Source: an uncultured Thermoplasmata archaeon
GTDB lineage: Archaea; Thermoplasmatota; Thermoplasmata; RBG-16-68-12
Length of the DNA: 64,000 bases
NCBI GenBank assembly: GCA_963768855.1
Contig: CAVYJM010000006.1
Location: 96,001-160,000, forward strand
Reading direction: 5' to 3'
How positions within the stretch are numbered: position 1 is the stretch's first letter; every line of letters starts with the position of its first letter. Under the pieces are notes generated by a model. The model was not told the origin of the DNA. It ran no database searches and was given only the letters and a program-made list of their open reading frames with translations. This document shows, piece by piece, positions 1 to 11,124 of this stretch. Position numbers and translations under genes: made by a program.

Positions 1-485
1 CGGACAACCCTGATGCCCTCGGGCATGCCGCGCGAGAATAGGTCGATGCCAAGCCGTTTGCGGCCCATCATGCTTGCAAGCGCCTCGCGCATGGCTTCGA
101 GCCGTTTCAGGCGGAAAGCGAGCTGCGCGGCAAGCTCCTGCCCCGTGGGGCCGTCGTCCGCCTGCTCCTTCTCGGGCAGCAGCAGCTTCGATTTGAGATA
201 CGCGAGCCACGCCGCCATCACGAGATAATCGGCGGCGACCTCAAGGCGCAGCGCGCGGGCGGCCTCGATGTAGTCGAGATATTGCTCGGCGAGCCGGAGA
301 ATGGACAGCTTGGTCAGATCGACCTTCTGGCTGCGCGCCAGAACAAGCAGCAGGTCGAGCGGACCTTCGAAGCCGTCAAGCTCAAGAAGGAGAACGTCCT
401 CGTCGCCATCCTCGGGCAGCCGCTCGGGCGCTTCCCACTCGCCGGGCGCCGCTTCCGCCTGCCTGCCGTCCACGTCCTGGCTCAC
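1..485 (-). CDS. scpA: Segregation and condensation protein A (ScpA), runs off the window start
   Basis: Manual minus-strand translation gives LLLELDGFEGPLDLLLVLARSQKVDLTKLSILRLAEQYLDYI...AADYLVMAAWLAYLKSKLLLP, the ScpA N-terminal signature. GTG start ~485; sits downstream of nagZ as usual in Rhizobiales. Confidence 0.92.
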   Translation of the reverse strand, partial: MSQDVDGRQAEAAPGEWEAPERLPEDGDEDVLLLELDGFEGPLDLLLVLARSQKVDLTKLSILRLAEQYLDYIEAARALRLEVAADYLVMAAWLAYLKSKLLLPEKEQADDGPTGQELAAQLAFRLKRLEAMREALASMMGRKRLGIDLFSRGMPEGIRVV

Positions 486-568
486 GTCCGGTTCTCCGCT
501 CGATACCAAATCCTGTCATCCCGCCTACGGCGTGCAGGCTCTTTCGACCGGAAACGCCGAAGGCGTTG

Positions 569-629
569 TCCGGGATCGTTATGAACGCCGTGTACGATCC
601 CGGATAGCCGCAAGCGGTTCCGGGATGAC
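569..629. repeat. Palindromic intergenic repeat, family B (GTCATCCCG...CGGGATGAC type)
   Basis: ccgggatcgt...acgatcccggatagccgcaagcggttccgggatgac; related copies at 21528-21639 and 13363-13452. Confidence 0.7.
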
Positions 630-702
630 GATGACCACGCAGGTGCCGTTCCAGGATGACAACCGGAAACAGCTTGACACGCTGGCGCGCAGTTTGAGTG
701 AT

Positions 703-1716
703 TTACGCCATCGCGGCTAGTGCTTCCGCGCGGGCTTCCTCCGCTTCCTCGCGTGCGAACGCTTGCGGCTCTTCGCGCAGGGCGAGCGCGGCTTCGAAGC
801 GCCGCAGCGCCGCCCTTCCAGCGGCGGCGAGGCCATGGCGACGGTGGTCATCTCCTCCATCTTGCCGTTGCAATGCAGCGCCAGATCGCAGCCGGCGGCG
901 AGGCTCGCCCGCGTGCGCTCCTCAAGCGTGCCCGACAGCGCTTGCATGCTGAGGTCGTCCGACATCAGGAGCCCATCGAAGCCGATGAAGCCGCGGATCA
1001 CCTCATCGATGGCCTTGGCTGAGACGGTCACGGGCGCGTCCGCATCGATGGCCGTGAATACCACATGCGCGGTCATCGCCATCGGCAGGTGCCTGAGCGC
1101 CCTGAACGGCGCGAAATCGGAGGCTTGCAGCTCATCGAGCGGCGTATCCACTACGGGCAGCGCGAGGTGGCTGTCGGCCATCGCGCGGCCATGCCCCGGA
1201 ATATGCTTCATCACGGGCAGGATGCCGCCAGCCAGAAGGCCCTCCGCAACCGCGCCGCCAAGCTCGATCACGCTCTCAATGTTATCGCCGTAGGCCCTGT
1301 CGCCGATGATGTTGTCCGCGCCGGGCACCGGCACGTCGAGCACCGGCGCGCAGGTGGTGTTGAAGCCGAGCGCGTGCAGATCGTGCGCCATGGCGCGCGC
1401 GCACAGCCGGGCTGCCTGTTTCGCCCGCTCGCGATCCGCGTCCCGCAGCCGGGCGAAGGCGCGCGCGGCCGGATAGCGCGGCCAATGCGGTTCGGCAAGG
1501 CGCTGGACGCGCCCGCCTTCCTGATCGACCAGCACCAGAATCTCGCCTTGGGCTGCTTCGCGCGCCTCCCCGATGAGGCGCTTGACCTGCTCCGGGCTCT
1601 CGACATTGCGCGCGAACAGGATGATCCCGGCGGGCTTTGCCGCGGCAAGAAAATCCGCCTCGCCAAGCGAAGAGCGTTGGGCCGGATAACCCGCAAATGA
1701 AAGCGCGCTGGTTCAC
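703..1716 (-). CDS. nagZ: Beta-N-acetylhexosaminidase NagZ (GH3), with apparent frameshifts near 1672 and 820
   Basis: VDQEGGRVQRL, CAPVLDV, KHIPGHGRA..DSH and SDDLSMQAL motifs. N-terminus MNQRAFICGLSGPTL (frame of ORF 1282..1716) shifts to AAAKPAGIILFARNVE. The C-terminus reads sensibly after restoring one G (stop at 703). Confidence 0.92.
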
Positions 1717-1993
1717 GCGGCCTCCTTCATGTCAGCATCTCAACGGCTTGCATTTACAGGGCCTCCACGCTTTTTACGCCTTGGAGCGGATTGAATTTTC
1801 GAGCTCGCCTGGTAGGCGCTGAGCGCATCGGCGCACGTCGCGCTCTGGGGGCGCAATCTGAGAATTCGTTTCGTTCACACGTATTTTTGCGACCTCTCGC
1901 TCCAGGAATGGAAGCGCGCTCCAGTGCCTGCAGAAGTGGACCGTGCTAGCCGGAAGTCGCCTATGGCGGCTCCCCATTGCCTAACGCGGCAGG

Positions 1994-2386
1994 TCAGCCC
2001 TGCCTGCATTTCCTCTGTATGGCTCGGCGGCCTCGCATACTCCCTCGGCGATCCATCCCAATGCGAGGAAGCCGTATCGAGGCGTAAACGTAGCCCAGCA
2101 AGATTGGTGCCACGAAAACGATAAGGGCAAGAGCGCGAAGCACTTTCGCTTTGGCATCTACCAGCAAAGACGCCACGAGGTAACAATACGCAGCGTATGC
2201 GGCGGCAAAGCATACTAAGTTTGCTTCGTTGGCGGTGAACCCTAGGCCCAGCCAGGCAAACAGGATGAACGAAAACAGGCATGCCGCACTGATGGCTGCG
2301 GCCCGCGGTTGAATGTTGGGCACCCTTTCCGTATGGAGAAAAACGCAACGAAGGAGACAAGGGGCGCGCCCGCAAGGCCAATCCAT
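1994..2386 (-). CDS. Hypothetical membrane protein (distal part of ORF 1994..4252)
   Basis: Three hydrophobic segments (AAAISAACLFSFILFAWLGLGF; LVCFAAAYAAYCYLVASLLV; VLRALALIVFVAPILLGYVYA) after ATG 2386; unrelated to MutL. The 3' end may be frameshifted. Confidence 0.4.
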   Translation of the reverse strand: MDWPCGRAPCLLRCVFLHTERVPNIQPRAAAISAACLFSFILFAWLGLGFTANEANLVCFAAAYAAYCYLVASLLVDAKAKVLRALALIVFVAPILLGYVYASIRLPRIGMDRRGSMRGRRAIQRKCRQG

Positions 2387-2481
2387 AGAATGAACAACCC
2401 GCCTGCGACGTGAAACGCCAAGGCACGATCTACGATGCGTCCATGCTTCGGCTCCAGATAGCCAGGCGGCCCTTACACGAA

Positions 2482-4252
2482 TTACCGCCGCTCGAAAAGC
2501 CGCTCCAGCTCGGCGCGCGACAGCTCGACGTAAGTGGGCCGGCCGTGATTGCATTGCGCGGCGCTGGGCGTCGCTTCCATCTCCCGGAGCAGCGCGTTCA
2601 TCTCGTCCAGGCGCATGGCCCGGCCCGCGCGCACGCTGCCGTGGCAGGCCATGGTGGCGCAAATCGCGTTGAGCCGCGCCTCCACACTGCCGGTTTCGCT
2701 TCTCGCCTAGCTCGTGGGCGAGATCGCGGACAAGCGATTGAAGATCGCATTGGCCGAGCAGCGCCGGAGCCTCGCGCACAATCACGGCGCCGGGGCCGAA
2801 GCTTTCGATAACGAGCCCGCTATCGGCGAGCTTGCCACCATACTCCACAAGCAGGGCCGCCTCGTCCTCCGCCATCTCGACGATTTCGGGGATGAGCAGA
2901 AGCTGCCGCGCGATGCGCCCGCCGGTCAGCGCCGCCTTCAGCTTCTCGTAGACGATGCGTTCGTGGGCGGCGTGCTGGTCCACGAGGACAATGCCATCCG
3001 CGGTTTCGGAAACGATGTAGGTCTTGTGAAGCTGCGCGCGCGCGGTGCCGAGCGGCTCTTCGGCCGGCTGTTCGGGCGTGGAGGCGGCAGTGTCCTCGAA
3101 CGCGGTTTGAGGACGCTCGGCGAAGCCGTTCACTGACGCGGGCGTGGAGAAAGTCTGCGGTGGGCTGCGCAGAGGCGCGCGGTATTGGACGGCCGCCGGC
3201 CTGGGTTCGGCAGGCGGCGCGATTCGCGCGCCGATGGAGCCCGCCGGAACCGAAGCGCCGCGCCGCAGCGCTTCGTGCAAAGCCGAAACCAGGAGGCTGC
3301 GAACGAGGCTTGCCTCGCGGAAGCGCACCTCCGCCTTGGCGGGATGCACGTTCACGTCGACGGCCTCCACCGGCACGCTCAGGAACAGCGCGGCCAGCGG
3401 ATAGCGCCCGCGCGGCATGAAGTCCTGATAGGCGCCGCGTATGGCGGAGAGCAGCAGCCGGTCTTTCACTGGCCGCCCGTTCACGAACAAATATTGCAGC
3501 GAGGCATCCGGGCGGTTGAGCGTGGGCCGGCCCGCGAAGCCCGATATCGAAAAGGCATCGCGCTCCAGGTGCACCGGCTCCGCATCCTCGGCAAACTCGC
3601 GCCCCATGATGCGGGAGAGCCGCTGCCGGATCGCGTTTTCGTCGTGCGGATCGGCGCGGGCAAGCGAGAGGGAGGCGCGCTCGCCAACGGTAAGCGAAAA
3701 CCCGGTTCGCGGACAGGCTAGCGCCAGGCGCTTTACCACATCGGCGATGGCCGTGTTCTCCGCGCGCTCCGACTTCATGAATTTGAGGCGCGCCGGGGTG
3801 GCCGAGAACAGGCCGTGGACCTCGACAACCGTGCCGCCGCGCGCCGCCGCGGGCTTGATCGCGGATTTCTTGCCAGCCTCGACCGAGATTTCGAGGCCGC
3901 TCGCGGTGCCCTGCCGTTTCGTCACGATCCGCAACCGGCCCACCGAGCCCAGCGAAGGCAACGCCTCGCCCCGGAAGCCCAGCGTGCGGATATCCTGCAA
4001 ATTCCCGGCCGCGAGCTTGGATGTGGCGTGGCGCTCCACGCAAAGCGCCAAATCCGCCTCGTCCATGCCGCAGCCGTCGTCGCTCACGCGCAACAGCGAC
4101 AGCCCGCCATTTTGCGCGATCACCTCGATGGAGGAGGCGCCAGCGTCGATGGCGTTCTCAACCAGCTCCTTGACCGCGCTCGCGGGCCGCTCGATCACTT
4201 CGCCGGCGGCGATCCGGTTGATCTCGACCTGGCTTAGCTGGCGGATCGGCAC
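2482..4252 (-). CDS. mutL: DNA mismatch repair protein MutL, frameshift near 2700
   Basis: [56 protein letters not shown] and DQHAAHERI motifs; C-terminal [10 protein letters not shown]...CNHGRPT is in ORF 2482..2685. Confidence 0.96.
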
Positions 4253-4255
4253 CGT

Positions 4256-5572
4256 TTATCCCGCGAGATATTGGCGCGTGAGCTTCTTCCCGAGCTCCAC
4301 GGCCGGCTGATCGAAGGGATCGACGCCCAGGAGATCGGCGGCAAGGATGGTCTCGATGAAGAAATGCATCATCAGCGCGCCGAGCGTGCGCTCGTCGAGC
4401 CGCTCCATATCCATGGTGCGCACGGGCCGCTTCGCTTCCGCCAGGGCGTCCACGATGGCTTTCTGCTGCGCTTGGACGAGTTCGCCGATGCTGCGCCCGG
4501 CCAGATAGGGCGCGCCCGCTTCCGCCGCGAGCGCAGGCGGGATCTGGAGCACGGCATCTTGGCCAGGTGCCCCCGTGACGCGCAGCACGGTCATGAAATG
4601 GACCCGCGGCCCATCCATGAAGAGCTGAAGCTGGCTATGCTGGTCCACGGGCCCGAGCGTCGCGATTGGCGTCGTGCCTTGCCCGCCCTTGCCCAGGCTT
4701 TCGGCCCAAAGCTGAACGTACCAAGCGCCAAAACGCTCAAGCCGGTCCGAATAGGGCATGATGACCGAGTTCGTGACGCCCAAATCCTTGGCGAGCGCGA
4801 CGGCAGCGGCCGCGCCCACGGCGGCGGGATGCTCCTCCGGCGTGGTTGCGTCCATAAGCTGCCGCACCACGTCGAGCCCGCCGGCGCGGAAGGCGGCAAC
4901 GTCGAGGCCGCGCGCGAGCGCCGGCAAAAGCCCCACATTGGTGAAGGCGGAATAGCGGCCGCCGATCTCCGTGCTGTGCGCCAGCATCGGGATGCCGCGC
5001 GCCGCAAACAGGCCCCGCAGGCCATTCGCAACGCCGGGCTTTTCCGGCTCGGTGACGCCAAGGAACAGCTTCGGGATAAGGTTCGCGTGGCCTGCATCCT
5101 CGATGTACTTGAATGCGGTCAGCACCTGCAACAGCGTTTCTCCGGTCGTGCCGGACTTGGAGATCGCGATGAAGCGGGTTTTCGGGATATCGAGGCTGCG
5201 CAGGCCCTGCATGAAGGAGCGCGCATCGAGATTATCGTAGAAGCGCAAATGCGGGGGCTGTTCGCCGCCCGGTATGGACCAGCCTCCGAGCTGAGCCAGC
5301 GCCTGCCCGCCGAGGCTCGATCCGCCGGTTCCGAGGATGACCACGGTTTCGGCGCCCTCGGAAAGCTTGGCGTAAGCGGCGGCGGCCTCCTCGATGTCGT
5401 CCTTCTCGCTCAAGATGCGGAAGTGGGCGAAGCTTTTGGCCTGGGCTGCCTCTTGCAGAGCCTTGAAGCGCGGTGTGAGGAGGGAGAGCCACTGCGCGAG
5501 CGGGCCCTCAGCCAAGCCCGCGCCCCCAATCTTGGTGGAAAGAGCGCCCTCAATCGATTGGCGATATGTCAT
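4256..5572 (-). CDS. pgi: Glucose-6-phosphate isomerase
   Basis: GTGGSSLG, ISKSGTTGET, GGRYSAFT, QLWAESLGK, DQHSQLQL and DPFDQPAVELGK motifs; intact 438 aa. Confidence 0.95.
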   Translation of the reverse strand: MTYRQSIEGALSTKIGGAGLAEGPLAQWLSLLTPRFKALQEAAQAKSFAHFRILSEKDDIEEAAAAYAKLSEGAETVVILGTGGSSLGGQALAQLGGWSIPGGEQPPHLRFYDNLDARSFMQGLRSLDIPKTRFIAISKSGTTGETLLQVLTAFKYIEDAGHANLIPKLFLGVTEPEKPGVANGLRGLFAARGIPMLAHSTEIGGRYSAFTNVGLLPALARGLDVAAFRAGGLDVVRQLMDATTPEEHPAAVGAAAAVALAKDLGVTNSVIMPYSDRLERFGAWYVQLWAESLGKGGQGTTPIATLGPVDQHSQLQLFMDGPRVHFMTVLRVTGAPGQDAVLQIPPALAAEAGAPYLAGRSIGELVQAQQKAIVDALAEAKRPVRTMDMERLDERTLGALMMHFFIETILAADLLGVDPFDQPAVELGKKLTRQYLAG

Positions 5573-5731
5573 GGTGCGAATCCTTTTCGCTTAAGTCTGA
5601 ATTTCAGTGGCCCTTGCCAAGCCGCCGGGCAAGAGCCGGCTCATGCTTTCAACAGGTGAAAAAAACGCAAAATGAAAAAGCCCTGCATCCACGGCTCTGC
5701 CGATTGTGGGCCTCCGATAACGAAGCTCGCT

Positions 5732-5828
5732 CCCCTCACCCTGTCCCTCTCCCCATGGGAGAGGGGACGCTCTTTCAACGGCTGCGACCGGACTCCCTCT
5801 CCCATGGGGAGAGGGCTGGGGTGAGGGG
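5732..5828. repeat. Palindromic intergenic repeat, family A (CCCTCACCC..CCCTCTCCC..GGGAGAGGG..GGGTGAGGGG); probable terminator role
   Basis: Two nested hairpins with terminal inverted repeats; second copy at 23639-23742 and a partial copy at 19905-19940. Confidence 0.75.
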
Positions 5829-5847
5829 AGCGAGCTAAGAAGGAGCC

Positions 5848-7207
5848 CTAAAGCCCGGCGTCGTGGATGCCTTCGGGCGCTCCCGCCACCGTGACGATCA
5901 GGTTTTTCGGCTCCATCAGGCGCTTGGCGATGCGCTTGATGTCCCCGGCCGTGACAGCCTCGACCTCGCTATTGCGCCTGTCGATATAGTCGATGCCGAG
6001 ATTGTCCTGCTGGATCGCCAGAAGCTGCTGGGCAATCTTCGCGCTGGTGTCGAAGCGCAGCGCGAAAGATCCGATGAGGTAGTCCTTGGCGGTGCGGAGT
6101 TCCTGCTCGCTGAGGCCCTCTTCAGCCACGCGTTCAAGCTCGGCCTTGATGAGATCCATCGACTGCCCGACGGCCTTGTTCTCCGTTGCCACGCCGCCAA
6201 CGAAAATGCCCGCATGATCGAGCGGGTAAAGGTAGGTGTAGACCGAATAGGCGAGGCCGCGCTTCTCGCGCACCTCTTGCATGAGCTTAGAGGAAAATCC
6301 GCCGCCGCCCACGACGTAGTTCAAGATATAGGCCGGGATGAAATCCGGGTCGTTGCGCTTCAGCCCCTCAAATCCGAACTGCACGACCGATTGCGGATTG
6401 GGCATCTGCACGACGCGCTGTTTGGACGCCTTGTCCCAGGCAACCTCGGGCACCGGCGCCCGGACGGATTTTTCGGGCAAAGCGCCAAAAATGAAGTCGA
6501 GCGTTTCAGCAAGCTGCTCCGCGCCGATATCGCCGACAACCGCGACGTTGAGGTTGTCGCGTGCGAAGTTCTTTTTCACATACTCGTGCAGGTCGGCGGG
6601 CGTGATGGCCGCAACGCTTTCAAGCGTGCCGTTCACGGGCTGGCCATAGGCGTGCGTGGCCAAAAGCCAGCTTGAACCATTCGTTCGAAGCAGCCTTGTT
6701 GGGGTCCTTCTCCTCCAGCCGCAGGTTTGCGACGATCTGCTCGCGGATGCGCTCCACGTCCTTGGCCTCGAAATGCGGTGAGGTGATCGCCGTCTGCAAG
6801 AGCTTGAGCGATTCCTCCCGGTTCAGGGTCAGCATCTGGAACGAGACCGTCATGTGATCGTGGGATGCGCTCACGCTGAATTTGGCGGCGAGGTCTTCGA
6901 GCCGGTTCTGAAAGGCTTCGGAATTGAGATTGCCCGAACCCTCGTCGAGCATCCCCGATACGAAGGTCGCAACCCCCGGCTTACCGTCAGGGTCCTGAGC
7001 GGCGCCGCCGGCAAAGGCGAATTGCATGCTCAAGATCGGCCTTGAATGGTCCTCAACGAGCCAAGCCTCGATGCCATTCTTGCTTGTGACTTTTTGTATC
7101 TTCATTGCGTTTGCTGGAAATGCTGCCAAAAAGAGGAGTGAAAGGGCTGCAAGCGGGGCCGCGGCGGCGAGCCGGAGGAGCTTGCCCCCAAGGATAGCGT
7201 GATTCAT
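5848..7207 (-). CDS. M16 (pitrilysin/insulinase) family peptidase, non-catalytic partner subunit; frameshift near 6660
   Basis: ORFs 6620..7207 and 5848..6663 join (FKLAF-G/A-THAYGQP). GIEAWLVEDHSRP and GGGGFSSKLMQEVREKRGLAYSV motifs; no HxxEH; signal peptide. Confidence 0.88.
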
Positions 7208-7224
7208 AGGGTGTTACTCAATCC

Positions 7225-8685
7225 TTAGTGGAAGGTTCCGGTCTCGCTCCCCTCGTGCGGCTGCACCTTGGCGAGCTGCGACGGGATGGGAATGAGATAG
7301 CCGGTCACGGAGCGCTTGCGGTCCAGATATTTCGCCGCCACCGCCTGAACCTGCTCCCGCGTTACGGCCATGAGCCGGTCTTGCCGCGTTTCGACATCGG
7401 CGATGGTGCGCCCGGTCGCGAGGTTCCAGCCATAGGTATGGGCAAGGCTCTGCTGGCTGTCGGAAGCGTAAATCAGGTTGGCGATCTCGCCTGTTTTCGC
7501 GCGCTCCAGCTCCTCGGGCGTCACGCCATTGCGGATGACATCCTCGATGACGCGGTCCATCGAGGCCTCGATGTCCTCCAGTTTCATATCGCCTGCCGCC
7601 ACGGCGTAAAAGCCGAACCGGCCCATGTCGAGGGCAATGCCGCTGTACCAGGCGCTCGCGCTGGAAGCCTTCTTCTCGTCGCGGACGAGGGTGTTGTAGA
7701 CGCGGCTGGTGGCGCTGCTGCCGATGATGCGCGCCAGGACTTGCAGGGCCTCCGGCTCGCCCTCGGCGCCGGTCGTGGCGCTGGGCGCCAGATAGTAGCG
7801 CTCGAAGGTTGCCTTGCCGACGCGGCCATCGCGCAGGATGACGCGCCGCTCGGTCAACGGCTCCGGCTCGGCTGGGCGCACGCGCAGGGCCCCAACCTCG
7901 GGGTTGGCCGGGATCTTGCCGTAGGTTTCCTTGGCAAGAGCCATGACCTCTTCCGGCGCAACGTCGCCGGTGACGACGAGAATGGCGTTATTGGGGGCGT
8001 AGAAGCGCTTGTAAAAGGCGAGCGCGTCCGCGCGTTCCAGCTTGCGGATCTCGGTTTCCCAGCCAATGACGGGGTTATGATAAGGGTGCGCCAAATAAAG
8101 CGAGGCCATGATCTGCTCTTGCAGGAGCGAGCCCGGATCGTTGTCCACCCGGCTGCGGCGCTCCTCCATGATAACCTTGCGCTCGGTCAGCACATCCTTC
8201 TCGTCGAGCCGGAGGTTGGCCATGCGGTCCGACTCCATTTCCATCACCTGTGGAAGCTTTTCCTTCGCGACCCGCTGGAAATAGGAGGTAATGTCCTGCG
8301 AGGTGAACGCATTATCCTGGCCGCCCAGGCGCGCGACGATCTTCGAGAACTCGCCCGGCGGGACTTTCTCCGTGCCTTTGAACATGAGATGCTCAAGGAA
8401 GTGGGCGATGCCCGATTTCCCCTGGGGCTCGTCCGCGGCGCCCACCCTGTACCACACCATATGTGTGACAACCGGCGCGCGCGTGTCCGGCACCACCACC
8501 ACTTCGAGGCCATTATCGAGCTTGCCGTGGAAGGCGAGGTTCGAGGCCGGAGACGGCTGGGCCGCGTTGGCGGGAGATAGTGCAAGTGTCATAAGCAGGG
8601 CACCCAATAGTTGAATTTTCAGAATTCTGCCTGATCGGAAAGGACTTGAACAGGGCGCGGTTTGCCGGGCGTTGTGTAGGAACAT
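7225..8685 (-). CDS. M16 family zinc protease, catalytic subunit
   Basis: GIAHFLEHLMFKGT (HxxEH), DNAFTSQD and ERKVIMEERR motifs. Start uncertain (8592-8685). Confidence 0.93.
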   Translation of the reverse strand: MFLHNARQTAPCSSPFRSGRILKIQLLGALLMTLALSPANAAQPSPASNLAFHGKLDNGLEVVVVPDTRAPVVTHMVWYRVGAADEPQGKSGIAHFLEHLMFKGTEKVPPGEFSKIVARLGGQDNAFTSQDITSYFQRVAKEKLPQVMEMESDRMANLRLDEKDVLTERKVIMEERRSRVDNDPGSLLQEQIMASLYLAHPYHNPVIGWETEIRKLERADALAFYKRFYAPNNAILVVTGDVAPEEVMALAKETYGKIPANPEVGALRVRPAEPEPLTERRVILRDGRVGKATFERYYLAPSATTGAEGEPEALQVLARIIGSSATSRVYNTLVRDEKKASSASAWYSGIALDMGRFGFYAVAAGDMKLEDIEASMDRVIEDVIRNGVTPEELERAKTGEIANLIYASDSQQSLAHTYGWNLATGRTIADVETRQDRLMAVTREQVQAVAAKYLDRKRSVTGYLIPIPSQLAKVQPHEGSETGTFH

Positions 8686-9117
8686 GTAGGATTTGACCGT
8701 CCAAAGTGAAGCGCAGTCCCAGATATGGGCCTTTGGTTCGCTAGCCGCCACAATTCTTACGGCGATTTCATGGCGCGGCGGAAGCTGTGCCGGCAAGGTT
8801 GCCGGAATAGCCTCGCGCGGCACCGGTTTTCTTCAACGAGCAAGATTTCCTGAGCTCCCTCTTTTTGCAACATGCGGCGGCTTCCTTTTCCGTAAGCCGC
8901 TAGTAAGATAGCGATATGGCCAGTTGCCCTTATTTTCGCACAACCCAAGTGAAGCTTCGCATTTGTTGCTCGCTATTAAGTTCTCGTAATGCATTCTTGA
9001 GCAATGATCGGATTTTTTGCTGACGCCGATAGCCGGTTATGCTCTGGTCCATAAAATTGGCGTATTTACCTGATGCAGTTTCCATGAACTGGAACAAGCA
9101 GGAAGCCAGCCCAGGCC

Positions 9118-10969
9118 ATGGCTCACACGACACACCTTTCGCCCTCCGATGTGCCGCGTACAGGCGGGCGGGCGGAGCGTTTTTCCCAACCGTTCAAGCC
9201 GCGGCTCTCGCTGGACCGCCTGCTTTGGGCCGACCGGTCCCTGGCTTTGAAGCTCTTGCCCGGCGTCGCCGCCACTGGCGCCACCGCGCTGCTGGGGATG
9301 CCTTTCCTCAGCGCAATGGAGCGAGGCTCCGCATTTTTCGCGTTCTTTCCAGCAATTATCCTGGCGTCGCTGCTCGGGCGCTTGGCGGGCGGAACGCTCG
9401 CCGCACTCCTATCCCTCCTACTCGTCGGCATGTGGATCGCCCCTTTTCAAGGTGTGCCAAATCCGGCCGAAGTGCTTCCCTTCCTTGGCGCATGCACCGC
9501 CGTCGTTTTGCTGGCCGGGGCGCTGCATCGCGTGCACGGCCGGGCTTTCGCCGCGGCGCGTGAGAGCGCGGAATTTCAGACCATGGCCGCGGCGCTTGCT
9601 GAGCGCGAGGCATGGCTCAACGCCGTGCTCGACGGGGTGGCGGATGGCATCGTGACCATCGACGAACGGGGAACGATCAAATCCATTAACCGCGCGGCGA
9701 CTACGATTTTCGGATACGAGCCGGAAGAGGTGACGGGCTCCAGCGTCAACACGCTCATGCCCGAGTTCTGCCGCGAGGCGCATGATCGGTACCTCGCGGA
9801 ACATGTGAAATCCGGCAAGGCGGAGAAGGCCAGCCGCCGGCGGCAGGTCGAAGGCCGCCGCAAGGACGGCTCCGTGTTCCCGATGGATTGCGGCGTGAGC
9901 GATATCCACTTGGACGGCAGGCGTATGTTCGTTGGTATCGTCCGCGACATTACGGAACGGATGCTGGCGGAGGAAGCTCTGCAAGCCAGCGCGGAGTTCT
10001 CGCGCACGGTGCTGGAGTTCGAGCGCCGATTGCATCGAGGTCATGGATCGCGCCGGGCGGATCGAATACGTCAACGGCCCGGGCCTGCGGCTCATGGAAG
10101 CCGGCAACTCCGCCAGCGTTACCGGCGGACTTTGGACGGATATGTGGCCGGAGATGGAGCGGCCCGCGGTGGAGACCGCCATCGCCATCGCCAACGCGGG
10201 AGAGACCTGCCGCTTCTCCGCCTACCATCCGACGGCGAAAGGCACGCCGAAATACTGGGACGTGCTCGTCGCTCCTGTCCGCGATAGCGAGGGCCGTATC
10301 CGCAAGCTCGTTGCCACCGCGCGCGACATCACCGAGGCGAAAGAGGCCGAGGACCAAATCAAGCTGCTCATGCACGAGGTCAATCATCGCTCCAAGAACT
10401 TGTTTGCGGTCGTGCAGGCCGTGACCCGTCAAATGGGGAGCGGGGACGAGGCGAAGGCTTTCGCCGGGCGCCTTGGCGAGCGGCTCGCCGCTCTCTCCAA
10501 GAGCTACGATCTTCTCGTGAAAAGCGAATGGCGCGGCGTGAACATCGGCGATCTCGTGCATTCCCAGCTCGGACATTTCAAAGACCTGATCGGTGAACGC
10601 GTATTCGTCGAAGGCCCGCCCGCGCAACTGACCCCCCCCGCGGCGCAGTCCATTGGCATGGCGCTACACGAGTTGGCGACCAATGCCAGCAAATACGGCG
10701 CGCTATCGAATGCGGAGGGCAAGGTCCGCGTCTCGTGGGTGGTCGCGCAATGCGGCGAGGAACGGTATTTTAGAATGAGATGGTCCGAGGAAGGCGGCCC
10801 GCCCGTGAAGAAGCCGGAGCGCCGCGGCTTCGGCCGCACCGTTCTCGTGAGGCTGGCCGGGCATGCACTCGGTGCGAAGATTATTCTGGACTTCCCGCCA
10901 TCTGGCCTGGTTTGGATGCTCTCCGCGGAGGCAGGCAACGTCATCGAGGCGGATGAGCCGCATTGCTGA
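9118..10969 (+). CDS. Membrane sensor histidine kinase: DUF4118-like TM region, two PAS domains, HWE kinase; frameshift near 10020
   Basis: PAS (DGIVTIDERGTIKSINRAATTIFGY) followed by a second PAS and the HWE motifs EVNHRSKNLF, ALHELATNASKYGALS and WSEEGGP. Confidence 0.9.
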
Positions 10970-10996
10970 GGGGCGCTTCGTCCCCGTTTCCACACC

Positions 10997-11083
10997 GTCA
11001 TTGCGAGCGAAGCAATCCGGAAGGCAAAAAACGTGGTGCCAGTTTCCGGATCGCCACGGCCGCCAAGGCGGCCTCGCGATGAC
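10997..11083. repeat. Palindromic intergenic repeat, family C (GTCATTGCGAGCGAAGCAATCC...TCGCGATGAC)
   Basis: GTCAT/ATGAC terminal inverted repeats with internal hairpins; the 3' half recurs near 27840-27858. Confidence 0.7.
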
Positions 11084-11124
11084 GGGGAGTGTGCCGGAAC
11101 GGTCAGGACTTTTGACGGTTGGTA

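Noticed and set aside
1994-4252. 752-aa MutL-membrane protein fusion suggested by the ORF track
   Set aside because: The true MutL C-terminus is in another frame (2482..2685); the fusion arises from an indel near 2700.
4271-8580. Long antisense ORFs (e.g. 4271..5659, 5863..6675, 7228..8580; also 24581..26047, 29629..31044, 50299..51957, 57426..58673)
   Set aside because: Shadow frames of real high-GC genes on the opposite strand, with no family motifs.
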